Assembly: GCA_963783385.1 (NCBI GenBank)
Contig: CAWANJ010000006.1
Span: 416,001-480,000 of the forward strand
From: an uncultured Gemmatimonadales bacterium
GTDB taxonomy: Bacteria > Gemmatimonadota > Gemmatimonadetes > Palauibacterales > Palauibacteraceae
Length of the DNA stretch: 64,000 nucleotides
Reading direction: 5' to 3'
Notes under the pieces: model-generated
Told to the model about the DNA's origin: nothing
The model's input: only the letters and a program-made list of their open reading frames with translations
The model's database searches: none
Program-made: the position numbers and the translations under genes
Shown here: positions 51,528 to 61,427 of the stretch, one piece after another
How positions within the stretch are numbered: position 1 is the stretch's first letter
Layout: every line of letters starts with the position of its first letter

Positions 51528-52813
51528 GACGCCCCTCCCTCCTGAGCCTTCTCGAGCTGCTTCATCCACTCGGGCTCAGGCGGGCCGGCGTTCACCTTCA
51601 TGTCGTGCACGACGGTCTCGACCGTGAACGCGCCGGAGCTCATGGCGGAGCCGAGCGCCGCCTGGCCCTTCTCGAAGTCGGCTTTCCCATCGTGGGTCTC
51701 CATGGCCTGCTGCGACTGGCGCAGCATGGCCATCTGCTGACGGATCATCGGCTCCACCCGGGCCCGCTGCTCCGGGGGCATCTTGTCGAGCTGCTCCTGG
51801 AGCTGCTTCATCTGCTTCTCGAAGGCCTCGGACTGGGCGCTCCTCTGGGCCTGCGTAGGCTGACGACCGGCAGCCTCCTCGCCCTGCTGCCGGGCGGCGT
51901 CGATCTCGTGGCCGTGGGCGGCTTGGATCTGCTCCATGAGGCCTCCCACCTCGATCACGGTGTGGAACGGCCGGAGCATGCCATCCACCTCGCGGTAGTC
52001 GCCATAGCGGACCACCATGCGGATCTCGTGGTCTCCGTCGGAGTGGACGACCCCCGCGAACTCGTCCCGCAGGCTCACGTGGCGGTCGGTGTCGATGAGG
52101 AGCCTGGCCGAGGTGGGCGTGAAGTCTTCCATGCCTCCCTCGCCATTCGTGAGGTCGAGTCCCTCGAAGTCGCGGATCTCCAGGACCCAGGCCCGGTGGC
52201 CGTCCACCTCCTCCGTGCCGGTGACCGTGGCGCGCGCGGCCATGGCCCGCATGAGCTCCGGATCCGGGGTGGCCAGGGTCTGGCTGCTCTCGGCGAGCTG
52301 GCTCCCCAGCTTCCCCATTCCGCCCTGCAGGAGCTTTCCCTGGAGGCCGGCGGCCGGATTTCCCATCCCCCCCATGCCGCCCTGGCCCCCTCCCCCGCCG
52401 CGGCTGGTGGCGGGGTTCCGGGAGGGGTCGATGCCCCTCTCCTGCATGAGCCGCCGGATGTACTCGGACTCCGGCACGGATACGAAGGCCTTGCGGCCGT
52501 CGACCGTGCGGTTCTCGTAGTAGAGCTTGGAGCGGGCGCCGTTCTGCTCCTCGTCGACCCAGTAGTTCCGGACGTGGTCGAGCTCGGCCTCCTGGCGCCG
52601 GATCATCGCCTCGACGATCTCGGACGCCGAAGGCGTCTGGGCGGCGGCCGGAGCGGGGCCCAGGACCGTCGACGCGAAGAGGCCGAAGACGCCCAGGAAG
52701 AGGGCGCGGGCCGGGAGTCGGGCCGAGAGACGACGCCGGCCGTCCGCAGCAGGGATCGAGTGTCGCAGCGGCAGCGGTTCGCGTGCTTTCGGGAAGGCCA
52801 TTGAGTCCCCCAC
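51524..52813 (-). CDS. Hypothetical secreted protein (possible LolA-like/DUF4412-like core plus Gln/Met-rich helical insert)
   Basis: Signal peptide ending PAAA; GTEEVDGHRAWVL, ARLLID and YGDYREVDG motifs; QMKQLQEQLDKMPPEQRARVEPMIRQQM. Confidence 0.7.
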   Translation of the reverse strand: MGDSMAFPKAREPLPLRHSIPAADGRRRLSARLPARALFLGVFGLFASTVLGPAPAAAQTPSASEIVEAMIRRQEAELDHVRNYWVDEEQNGARSKLYYENRTVDGRKAFVSVPESEYIRRLMQERGIDPSRNPATSRGGGGGQGGMGGMGNPAAGLQGKLLQGGMGKLGSQLAESSQTLATPDPELMRAMAARATVTGTEEVDGHRAWVLEIRDFEGLDLTNGEGGMEDFTPTSARLLIDTDRHVSLRDEFAGVVHSDGDHEIRMVVRYGDYREVDGMLRPFHTVIEVGGLMEQIQAAHGHEIDAARQQGEEAAGRQPTQAQRSAQSEAFEKQMKQLQEQLDKMPPEQRARVEPMIRQQMAMLRQSQQAMETHDGKADFEKGQAALGSAMSSGAFTVETVVHDMKVNAGPPEPEWMKQLEKAQEGGAS

Positions 52814-53266
52814 TCAGAAGTACTGGTTGAGGTCGCTGAGGTCCATCGGTTTGGCCCTCTCGACGGTCCACCGGTACTCATCCGGGTAGTAGAAGTGACT
52901 GGTCGACAGAAGGCGGCGATGGGAGTCGAACTTCTTCACGATGAATCGATACTGGCGCCTGACGCTGCAACTCGCGGTCAGGTTGTACGTCCAGGACTTC
53001 GTCTGCCCCGGCTGGATCCATACGGACAGTCCAAGCTTCTTCCACCAGCCACCGTGGATTCGCACCTGGCTGTCGCGGGAGATGGCGACCTGGCGCGAAC
53101 CGCCGTCATGAACTCTAAACGTCACGACACAGCCCATGTCGGCCGTGGGCCGCGTGGAAACCTCGAACTGCACGTCGGGGGCGGCCCGGATCGGGCTGGG
53201 ACCGCCGCCGCCCGGGAGCGGCAGCGCCAGGGCGGTGAGCGCCAGGGTGCTCGTCCATCGGATCAT
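52814..53266 (-). CDS. Small basic secreted beta-rich protein (two Cys)
   Basis: Strong SD AAGGAGG before GTG-ATG; signal peptide MIRWTSTLALTALALP. The ORF track fuses it to the upstream gene only because of that gene's frameshift. Confidence 0.7.
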   Translation of the reverse strand: MIRWTSTLALTALALPLPGGGGPSPIRAAPDVQFEVSTRPTADMGCVVTFRVHDGGSRQVAISRDSQVRIHGGWWKKLGLSVWIQPGQTKSWTYNLTASCSVRRQYRFIVKKFDSHRRLLSTSHFYYPDEYRWTVERAKPMDLSDLNQYF

Positions 53267-53322
53267 CACATCCTCCTTCGGTGCCTGAGGAACGGGTCGG
53301 ACTTGCTCGAGCCGCGTAGCGC

Positions 53323-54709
53323 TCAGGAGCCCTTCGGAACGGCCTCGAACGTCACGTCGAAGCGCAGGTCTTCGATGACCCGGCGGTGGTTTTCGGGACG
53401 GAGCTCGAGGCTCCACCCGGTGCCGGCGAGCTTGCCGCGAAGCGCCCCGCCGCCGGCCGCCCGGAGCTCCAGCGTCCCGCTCTCGAGGACGGCGACGCGG
53501 TGGACGGCTCCGTGCGCGGGGTCGACGACCAGATAGAGGACGGTCGCCGGGGCCGGGATCGGTCGATCCGGGCGCCGCGCTCGGCGGAACGGCTTCGATG
53601 GGCAAGGTGCCGCCGCTCGAGGCATCGGCCGGCAGGCCGACCACCAGGCACTCGGTCACCTTGCCGATGCTCCCCATGACGAGGCGCTTGCGGCCGTCCT
53701 CCCCGGGGCCGGCCGGGGCGAAGGCGCTCCCGGACGCGGTCATCGACATCGGCCCCGAGGTCTTCAGCTCGAACGAGCCGCCCTCGCCGTCGAGTCCCTG
53801 CGTGCAGGCCCGCTCGGACCCGTACAGGCCCTGCTGCACCAGCTCGGAGCGTCGCTCCGAGAGACGGGGAAGCCCTTGGTATGCCTCCGCCGAGGGCGCC
53901 GAGCCGTCGGACGCGATCGAGTCCACGGTGATCGTCCGGGTCAGGTAGCCCCCGCCGTAGGGTGCGCTCGCGGCCGCGCCTCCGGTGACCACCAGGGAGT
54001 CCCACACCTCGGCCCGGAGCAGGAGACCGAGCTTCTCCAACCGGGGGCCCAGAGCGAGCGCCACGCGGCTGGTCACCCCGGGCATCCACTCCGAGAGTGG
54101 CACGGCCTCGGGACTCTCGCGGGGCGTGGCCGCCACCGGCAGCCATGAGAAAGGCAGGTCGCCGGCGAAGTACAGGTCGGAGCGGCCGGTCGCGCGGAAG
54201 GGGACCGCCGCGCCGGACCCGTCCTCGCTCCTCCACCAGCTCTCCACCTGCACCACCGCGTGGCGGGTGGCGTGACCCTCGATGGACGGGCCGGCGCCGG
54301 CGTCGGCGAGGTCGAAGCGGAGCGAGTCGAGGATGGCCTGGCCGGAGTCGGCGACGGGCGACCAGGTCCGGTAGCCGGCGGCGTTGTCGGGGGCGACTCG
54401 CCAGGCCTCCGCCAGGTAGGCGGGCCGACCCGCGAACGACACGGCCGTGGCCGGAGCGCCGCCCACGGCGGCCCCGTCGAGCAGCTGCGTCTCCCCGGTC
54501 GCCGTGCGCATCGCTCCCAGCTCGGGGCCTGTCACGCCCCACCACGTCTCCCGGCCGCCGCCCTGCTCGAGGTGCATCCGGTAGGCGAGGGCGCTCGCCT
54601 GCGAGGCGGGCGCCCGGGAGCAGGCCGTTCCGGCCCCCGTGAGGAGGATCGCCGCGGCCAGGACGCGGGCGACGGGGAGGCCGCGGTCCGCGAGCTTTCG
54701 CATTGTCAT
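53323..54709 (-). CDS. Hypothetical lipoprotein; apparent frameshift near 53560
   Basis: Lipobox LTGAGTAC. The sensible C-terminus (ATVLYLVVDP..DLRFDVTFEAVPKGS*) is in the frame ending at 53323. Confidence 0.6.
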
Positions 54710-54710
54710 C

Positions 54711-54746
54711 TCAGCGGCTCCCGTTCAGGATGAAGGCGACCGGGAG
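54711..54746 (-). pseudogene. Orphan 3' gene tail LPVAFILNGSR* duplicating the end of the upstream gene
   Basis: CTC CCG GTC GCC TTC ATC CTG AAC GGG AGC CGC TGA vs upstream CTG CCG GTG GCC TTC ATC ATG AAC GGA GGC CGG TGA (54828-54863). Confidence 0.6.
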
Positions 54747-54827
54747 AGGGAGCCCCGCGCGGAGCCGATCGCGCGCCGCGCCAGTCCCACGCGCCGGTTC
54801 TGCGGGCCACCTTCCGCACCGCCCACC

Positions 54828-56828
54828 TCACCGGCCTCCGTTCATGATGAAGGCCACCGGCAGAACGCGGCTGTGGGCGGCCTCCTCCTGGTTAACCGGG
54901 GTTACGACCAGGTACAGGACCGATTGCCGCCTCCAATCCACCTTGGCCCGGCCGAAGACGACACCCGTCGAGGCGATCGCGTGAGCGTCCGCCAAGTACC
55001 GGTCCCCCGGGACAAACTGGTCTCCCGGGACGAACTGGTCCCCCGGGATAAACTGGTCTCCCGGGACGAACTGGTCCCCCGGGACAAACTGGTCTCCCGG
55101 GACGCGGCTCGACCCCGGACGCAACGGAAACCACTTGGACGGCCACGCCTCGTGCATCCGCCCCCCGGTGATGACGATGGCCACCACTCGAGCCCTGGTC
55201 TCGCGCTCCCCGGAGAGATCGATGACGAGGCCCTTCGCCAGGGTCTCGTGGACATCCAGGGCCCGCTCCCCGGACGCGATCGCGTCTCGAGCGGTGGCGG
55301 TAAGACCAAGCCGGATCGTGGGCCACGGCGCCGAAGTGGGTCGACGCGGGCTCGAGAGAGGGTCGTACCGACCGGCACGGTCCGTCGGACCCGGTACCGG
55401 CATGGAGGTTGGGGCGGGGACCATCCGCGGTGGCGACTCGTGCGGAGCTCCCGCCGCCGTGTCCTCCGCGGCGGCCGAACCCGGGGCCTTCCCTCCCTGC
55501 CCCTCAAGCCGCACGAGCTCCACGCGCCGATTCTGCTGCCGGCCTTCCGGCGTGCCGTTGTCGGCCACGGGCTTCGTCTCGCCGAAGCCGGCGGTCTCTA
55601 GGCGGGAGGGGTCGATCTCGTCCTGCTCGGTGAGGTAGTCCCGCACCGCCCCGGCGCGGCGCTCGGAGAGGTCCTGGTTGTAGGCCTCGTCCCCCGTGCT
55701 GTCGGTGTGCCCTTCGATCGACAGTCGGAGGTCCGGGTGGTCGCGCAGCATGGCCGCGATCTCTTCGAGCGTCGGCGTCGACTCCGGCCGGATCCGAGCG
55801 CTGTTCACGGCGAACAGGATCCCGTGCGTCGCCACCCGGCCCTTCTCGGCGAGGACGTCGTAGAGGTCCCTCCCCCCGGCGGCGACGCGGATGGGCCCCA
55901 GGTACATGGGGTTCTTGTCGTCGGCGAAGTAGACGTTCTCCAGGTACAGCGAATTGCCCCGATGTAGCTCGGCGTTGGGCACGTTGGCGACGCGCTGCGA
56001 GCCGACGTAGACCTTGGCGTAGCGGTCGTCGACCATGATGCGGACGGGGACGATCTTCTGGCCCACGTCCGGGGTTTCGTTCAGGGACTGGACGCCTCCC
56101 TTGTCGTTCGACAGCACGCCGGTGCCCTGCACCACGGCCACCTGGAAGACGTTGCCCGGCAAGCGGTCGAACCGCTCGCCCGGCGAGGGAGGCGAGGGCG
56201 TGACGACCAGCCGCTGGTTCTCGTGCGTGAAGTAGGCGTCGAACTCGATCGTGAAACGGGCCGGAAGCGTGTCGCCGAGCGGCACCTCGATCGCCGATCC
56301 GCGGGGGCCCGTGTTCCTGAGGAGACGGCGGCCGCGCCACTCGACCAGCTCCCAGTTTCCCTTCCGGAAGGTCAGCCTTCGCGGAAAGTCGCCGACCTGG
56401 TCGTCGCTGTAGTCGTCGTAGAAGAGGACGTGGTCCCCGGGGACGAAGTCGTAGTTGGCCCACACGCCCGTGTTCGGAGCCGCGGTCTCGTCCCCGATGG
56501 CCGCGTCGGCGGCCTGGTCCGCTTCGGTGATCGGCTTGCCTTCGTCGTCGGTGAGGACGTTGCCCTGGTCGTCCGTGTAGACGACGTCCTGCCCGCTGTC
56601 CTCGGCCTGCTGGACACAGACCGGATCGTCGAACACGCACTTCACGGCGTTGCTGATGAGACGGTTGATCTGGTTCTCCGTCTCGTTCTCGAGCGCGTTC
56701 TTGGCGGCCCGCTTGAGGCGCTTGAAGATCTGGGCGTGCCCCGGCGCCGGAAGGGCGACCAGCGCCACGGCGCCGAGGAGCAGGGCGCGCGTGGCGAAGC
56801 GGGTGCGGGAGCGGGTCGGGCCTCGCAT
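54828..56828 (-). CDS. OmpA-family peptidoglycan-binding protein with C-terminal unnamed domain carrying VPGDQF repeats
   Basis: Signal peptide (PGHA); YDFVPGD..GDFP domain; OmpA motifs IEGHTD, NQDLSERRA, GFGETKP, NRRVE; then a Pro-rich linker and a ~170-aa extension. The fusion could be an indel artefact. Confidence 0.8.
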   Translation of the reverse strand: MRGPTRSRTRFATRALLLGAVALVALPAPGHAQIFKRLKRAAKNALENETENQINRLISNAVKCVFDDPVCVQQAEDSGQDVVYTDDQGNVLTDDEGKPITEADQAADAAIGDETAAPNTGVWANYDFVPGDHVLFYDDYSDDQVGDFPRRLTFRKGNWELVEWRGRRLLRNTGPRGSAIEVPLGDTLPARFTIEFDAYFTHENQRLVVTPSPPSPGERFDRLPGNVFQVAVVQGTGVLSNDKGGVQSLNETPDVGQKIVPVRIMVDDRYAKVYVGSQRVANVPNAELHRGNSLYLENVYFADDKNPMYLGPIRVAAGGRDLYDVLAEKGRVATHGILFAVNSARIRPESTPTLEEIAAMLRDHPDLRLSIEGHTDSTGDEAYNQDLSERRAGAVRDYLTEQDEIDPSRLETAGFGETKPVADNGTPEGRQQNRRVELVRLEGQGGKAPGSAAAEDTAAGAPHESPPRMVPAPTSMPVPGPTDRAGRYDPLSSPRRPTSAPWPTIRLGLTATARDAIASGERALDVHETLAKGLVIDLSGERETRARVVAIVITGGRMHEAWPSKWFPLRPGSSRVPGDQFVPGDQFVPGDQFIPGDQFVPGDQFVPGDRYLADAHAIASTGVVFGRAKVDWRRQSVLYLVVTPVNQEEAAHSRVLPVAFIMNGGR
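55001..55103 (-). repeat. 18-bp coding tandem repeat, ~5.7 copies, encoding (V/I)PGDQF
   Basis: gtc ccg gga gac cag ttt alternates with gtc/atc ccg ggg gac cag ttc, giving a 36-bp higher-order unit. Confidence 0.92.
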
Positions 56829-56971
56829 GGGATCCTCCTGCAGGGGACGGCTCGGCCGCGGCACGAGGGACGGGACGAATCTCCCGTCCGCCCGCCCGGC
56901 CGATCCCTAGAGCGGAAAACGGAGATCGGAGCCGCCACGGCGCGGTCGGGGAGCGCCGCGCGGCCGTCGGC

Positions 56972-59617
56972 TCAGGGGCAGGTTCCGTCCACGGGCTTGC
57001 CGCGGCGGCAGGCCCGGAACTCGATGTGAATGTGGCCGGCCGCGTGCGCCTCCTGTCCGCCACTCGCGTCCCCGTAGGCCGGCGCGAACATGGGGGCGTC
57101 CACCACGCCATCCACCCGTTGCGGGGAGACCCTTGTGATGGAGATCGGCACCCGGTCGTTCCTTGGAGGCGTTCCGAGGATGTACTGCCGAACGGTCCCC
57201 ATCGGGACCGCTCCGAAGACCGCGTGATCTGAGAGCCACAGCCCGCCCTCGGTCTCGCTGACACTGGAGATGCCGTGCGCGTCCTGCTGGTCCGCGTCCG
57301 GCATGAGCATGATGCGGAGGTTCGGGCTCGCCTCCCGGGGCGAACTGAGCCCGATGAAGGAGACGCGGCCGCCGGCGGAGTCCATGACCCCGAGCGGGCT
57401 CGCGGCGAGAGGCCCCGCGGGAACGCCCTGGAGGCCGGCGAGGGCGGACGTGCCCGAGTAGGTCCCGGAGATCTCCCCGCTCACCGTGGCGGTCCAGCCC
57501 GCGCAGCGACCGACCTGCACCGTCACCGAGGTCTCGAGCTCCGGGTGGCCCCGGACCGCGGCCTTCACCCTGTCCTGGCCGGGCGACGAGGGGGCCCGGT
57601 AGAGGCCGTCGCGATCGATGGGGCCCAGATCGGCGGTCCACGTAGCCTGGACGCGTCGTCCCAGGTACAGGGCGGAGAAGGCCTGCTGATCGCCGGGGTC
57701 CACGCAGGGGTTCGCGGGCTCGATGGCGACGAGCTCGGGCTCGAGCCGGGCGTAGCCCGATCGTTCAGGGGCCTCGGCCAGGTGACTGCGGTCGGCGGTG
57801 CTCGTGGCCTTCACGGTGATGGTCCCCTGGGGATCGCGCGGGACCTGGATCTTGACGACCTGGTCCGGGGCGGTTTGAGGGATCCCCACCAGGCGGCCGC
57901 CGCCCAGCACCTTCCAGCCGAGGCTCGGGTCGAGGGCGTGGTCCACGGTGACGTGGAGCGCCACGACCTGCCCGGCCCGGACCGGGGTGGACTCGGGGTC
58001 GAATGTGACCTCGATCCCGTGCACGACGAGGTCGCGCCTCAGGACCCTCTGCTGGTCCCCGAACTTGCCGCCCTTCGTCGCGATTCTCAGGACCGTGGTG
58101 CCCGTCCGGCGAGGACTGTAGCTGTGCGGCCCGGCGAACTGGACCGCCCGGCCAATGTAGTTGACGTCCAGCCACCGGCCGGTCTCTCCGTCCGGGACCA
58201 CGGTGTGGAACGTCTCCGGGGGAAAGTTGAACGCATCGGGGCCCCGGGTGGCCTCCTGGGCCAGCTGGCCCAGGAGATCGTTGATCACGAAGTCACGCAG
58301 CTGGTCCAGGAAGGCCGTGAACGCCTTCGAGGCGAATCGGCCCTCCCAGCTCCAGCTGATTCCGCCCATGGACTCCATTCCGGCCAGCTGGGACATGGAC
58401 TCCAGGGCGAACGTGGACATCTTCCACGGCTCGCTCCGCGCGGTGATCCGGACCCGGTGCCATTCCCCCGGTCCCGGATCGTCCTCGTCGAACAATGTCT
58501 GCGACAGGTCGACCTCGAGATCGGACATCCGTCCGGGCAGCAGGTGTGAGGCGGCCAGCGCGGCCTGCTTGTAGGCCCACACCGCGCTCCCGATCGCGCC
58601 CGCCTCCTCGGCCACCGGCTCCGCCTTGAAGAACTTGGCCGTTCCCGCGGCCATGGCCATGGTGCTGCCCAGGACGTCCAGCAGGTGGGCCGGCCGGCCG
58701 CTGGTCCCGAGGCGGGCCCACAGCGCCAGCTCCATGCGGTGTGAGAGCTCCGCCGGCGTCGGGTTGAAGTAGCTCTCGGCCGGACCGAAGGCCTCCGCCA
58801 CGGGGTGGCCGGGGCCGGGGGAGAAGGAGGCCAGCAGGACGGGGCCGTGCCGCTCCGCTCCTCTGGCCAGGTCGCTCGTGTGCCGCTGAACCTCGGCCGT
58901 GAGCGCCCTGAGCTCCTCGGCCGTACCTCCACGCGCCAGCAAGGCATCGACGAAGGCGCCCGGGCCGGCGGTGTCACGCGCCCCTTCGAGGGCTCGGGCC
59001 CGCGCCAGCAACGAGCCGGGGCGTGATGGAGCGCCCACGGCGGCGAGCGCGGCGAGGAGCGGCACCAGGGGTGGGGCGAGCGTGTCGGGATCCGCGTTTC
59101 GAAGCCGCTGGGGGGTCGTCCCGAACAGCCGGACCTGCGCGTCCACGAACCCGGCCAGCGCGTCGAGCGTCGCCGCCGTGGCGCCGGGGGCCGGTCGGAG
59201 TGCGGCGAGCTCGAGAGAGCGTGGGGGACACACCAGGTCCCCGTCCGTGGGACGGATCTCGAGGGTCGCCGCGCCGAGCCCGCCGTCGGGTCGTCCCGGG
59301 ACCTGCAGGACGAGCGTGCCGTCCGGCTTGCGGCCCACCAGGGCCACTCCCTCGGCCCCTTCGCCCGCAACCCGAACCCGCGCCCGAAGAGCCTCGAACC
59401 GGCCCCCGGTCACTCCGACCAGGGTCACGGTGTCGAGCGGCGTCGCCGAGCGCCGGGCGAGCGACCAGTCGTCGCATCGGAGCGGCGCCTCTGCCGGAGC
59501 CCGGCTCTGTGCATCGGCGGGCCCCGCCGCGTCCCCGCGCCCGTGGCAGCCTCCCAGGCCGACGAAGCCCAGCAGGAGCGCGGCCGGAAGGCCGAGACGC
59601 CGCGGACGTCCTCTCAC
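56972..59617 (-). CDS. Large hypothetical lipoprotein with probable Ig-like beta domains
   Basis: Lipobox LGGC. C-terminal half beta-rich (VAIEPANPCVDPGDQQAFSA..ATW..GLYRAP..VKA..SVTVQV). Confidence 0.7.
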   Translation of the reverse strand: MRGRPRRLGLPAALLLGFVGLGGCHGRGDAAGPADAQSRAPAEAPLRCDDWSLARRSATPLDTVTLVGVTGGRFEALRARVRVAGEGAEGVALVGRKPDGTLVLQVPGRPDGGLGAATLEIRPTDGDLVCPPRSLELAALRPAPGATAATLDALAGFVDAQVRLFGTTPQRLRNADPDTLAPPLVPLLAALAAVGAPSRPGSLLARARALEGARDTAGPGAFVDALLARGGTAEELRALTAEVQRHTSDLARGAERHGPVLLASFSPGPGHPVAEAFGPAESYFNPTPAELSHRMELALWARLGTSGRPAHLLDVLGSTMAMAAGTAKFFKAEPVAEEAGAIGSAVWAYKQAALAASHLLPGRMSDLEVDLSQTLFDEDDPGPGEWHRVRITARSEPWKMSTFALESMSQLAGMESMGGISWSWEGRFASKAFTAFLDQLRDFVINDLLGQLAQEATRGPDAFNFPPETFHTVVPDGETGRWLDVNYIGRAVQFAGPHSYSPRRTGTTVLRIATKGGKFGDQQRVLRRDLVVHGIEVTFDPESTPVRAGQVVALHVTVDHALDPSLGWKVLGGGRLVGIPQTAPDQVVKIQVPRDPQGTITVKATSTADRSHLAEAPERSGYARLEPELVAIEPANPCVDPGDQQAFSALYLGRRVQATWTADLGPIDRDGLYRAPSSPGQDRVKAAVRGHPELETSVTVQVGRCAGWTATVSGEISGTYSGTSALAGLQGVPAGPLAASPLGVMDSAGGRVSFIGLSSPREASPNLRIMLMPDADQQDAHGISSVSETEGGLWLSDHAVFGAVPMGTVRQYILGTPPRNDRVPISITRVSPQRVDGVVDAPMFAPAYGDASGGQEAHAAGHIHIEFRACRRGKPVDGTCP

Positions 59618-60759
59618 CGCTCCGCTTCTCCGTGCGGCTGTGGCTCGCTCGCCTGGAAGCTCCGCACGAGGGCCTCGAGCATACCCCTCATGCCCTCGAA
59701 CCGCGTCATCCAGCCCAGCGCGAACCGGAGCTGCGCGTCACCGTGGGCGAGGACGAGGGCCTCGAGCCCGACCTCCACGCTGGGCCCGGTCGTGGTCCAG
59801 CGGTGAAGCGGCTGGGCCAGCCGGGTTGCGTAGGTCACCGAGAAGCCGTGCGCCTCGCCGATCCGGACCTGCTCGTGGTCCTCGGTGACCTCCAGGGCGC
59901 GCCGAAGACCGTGGCCGACGTCGCGTGCCTGCTCGAAGGTCCAGGTGCCGGCCGGGGCCATGTCGAGCACCAGCGAGGCGCCGAGCGGTCCGCGAAGCTC
60001 CAGGAGCCGCTCACCCCCGGGCGGTTCCGCGGCGAGGATAGGGCTGGCCGACAGCACGTGGAAGGTCCCCGCTTCCTCTTCCCCCGGTGGGCCCTCCCGC
60101 CAGCTCGACGGCACGTCGAGGGAGAAGCCGAGGCGTGCGTCGACAATGCGCCGGACGTTCCGGGCGTCCTCGACGGCGGCGCGCCGGCGCTCCTCCAGCC
60201 ACGTCCGCGCTTCGCCGGCGACGCGCTCCGGGGAGGGGATGCGCTGGAAGGTGAACATGCGTCGCTGGTTGCGGCTACGGCTGCCGGTGTAGCGGTTGAA
60301 GGCGAGGTTCCCGAGCCCGGAACCCGCCGCCTTCACCTCCACGAAGGCCACCTTCTCGGGCGGGAGGGACCAGAGGACCTTCCCCTCCGGTCCTCGCACC
60401 GCCAGGAGTCGCCGGTCCGTGATGCCGTAGGCCGTGCGGTTCAGGCCCGCGCGCTCGACGACCAGGACCCCGACCCCGAGGAGGGGGAGCGAGGCGAGGA
60501 CGGCCACGGGAACGAGGAGGTGGGGATCGGCCAGCGGGCCGTCCGTCACGGAGGCCAGGAGTCCGTCGCCCAAACCCGAGCCTCCCGCGGACGCGGACAG
60601 ACCGTAGTAGGCGACGCCGGCCGCGACCACCACGGTCGCCGCCAGCCCGACCAGGCCGCGGCCGAACGCCCGGCCCGCCACGGGCCGGTCCGACCACGAC
60701 ACGCTCTCTCCGGCCTCGAGAGCAGGCTCGAGGGCCTGCCGCGCCTCGCGCTGTCTCAT
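59614..60759 (-). CDS. Hypothetical membrane protein (2 TM + PH-like domain + C-terminal alpha/beta domain)
   Basis: LEAGESVSWSDRP, two TMs, TAYGITDRRLL, GLGNLAF, FQRIP; then GFSLDVPSSW..LVRSFQ. Confidence 0.7.
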   Translation of the reverse strand: MRQREARQALEPALEAGESVSWSDRPVAGRAFGRGLVGLAATVVVAAGVAYYGLSASAGGSGLGDGLLASVTDGPLADPHLLVPVAVLASLPLLGVGVLVVERAGLNRTAYGITDRRLLAVRGPEGKVLWSLPPEKVAFVEVKAAGSGLGNLAFNRYTGSRSRNQRRMFTFQRIPSPERVAGEARTWLEERRRAAVEDARNVRRIVDARLGFSLDVPSSWREGPPGEEEAGTFHVLSASPILAAEPPGGERLLELRGPLGASLVLDMAPAGTWTFEQARDVGHGLRRALEVTEDHEQVRIGEAHGFSVTYATRLAQPLHRWTTTGPSVEVGLEALVLAHGDAQLRFALGWMTRFEGMRGMLEALVRSFQASEPQPHGEAER

Positions 60760-61257
60760 GGCGCGGCGTGCCCCACGGTGGCCTTGATGGTCACGAGCTT
60801 GCCGATCGCGTTCACGCTCACCAGGCAGCTCTCCCGTCGGCCGTTCCGCACCCCGGTGAGGTGCCCGATGAACAGCGAGGCGTTCGCCGTGGTGTCGCTG
60901 CGCGCGATCTCGAACCCGGCGGCCCTCACCTCCGAGGCCAGGAACCGGTAGACCTCGGGTCCCGATCCGTCCTCGATCCGGGCCGTCACCATGAGCTGCC
61001 GGGTGCCGATCCCGGCGGCGCCGTGCAGCGTCAGAATGGGAGGTGATCCGGGCATCGTCCGGCATGCGAAGCTGCTCGGGCCATCCGTCGGGGTAGCCGT
61101 CCGCGCTCGAGTCGCGGGAGTTGCCGGGAGCCGAGCCATCCTCTGCGGCCGCGCCGGACGCCGACGCGGCGGAGCGCGGTGAGCCGCCGCCGCACGAGAC
61201 CTGCGCCACGGCCACGCCGGCCACCAGGATTCCGGTGAAGCACTTCCGGAGCTGCAT
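60756..61257 (-). CDS. Small lipoprotein; apparent frameshift near 61030
   Basis: Lipobox AQVSC and YPDGWPEQLRMPDDARI. The continuation (QLMVTARIED..GFEI..VTIKATV) is in another frame ending at 60756. Confidence 0.55.
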
Positions 61258-61427
61258 ACCCACCCCTTCCCGAGACTCGAGGACCGGTCCGCGCCCCGTC
61301 CCCCGGCGCGTGCCGTGGGCCGATGCGGCTTCCTGTCCCGAAAGCGTAGGAAGGCGGCTGGAGCCGCCAGGCAGGAGAGCCGGGCCATGCTGGTGGGCTG
61401 GCGCAGGCCCGGAGGGTCCGGCCCCGC

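Noticed and set aside
52814-54709. Single 631-aa protein as in the ORF track
   Set aside because: There is an internal strong SD and signal peptide at 53266, and a junk segment after ~53560; two genes joined by a frameshift.
54828-54830. Selenocysteine UGA read-through
   Set aside because: No redox motif context or convincing bacterial SECIS; the following 27 codons look non-coding in composition.
55001-55103. CRISPR array
   Set aside because: 18-bp units in direct tandem with no spacers; variation is at codon third positions; no cas genes.
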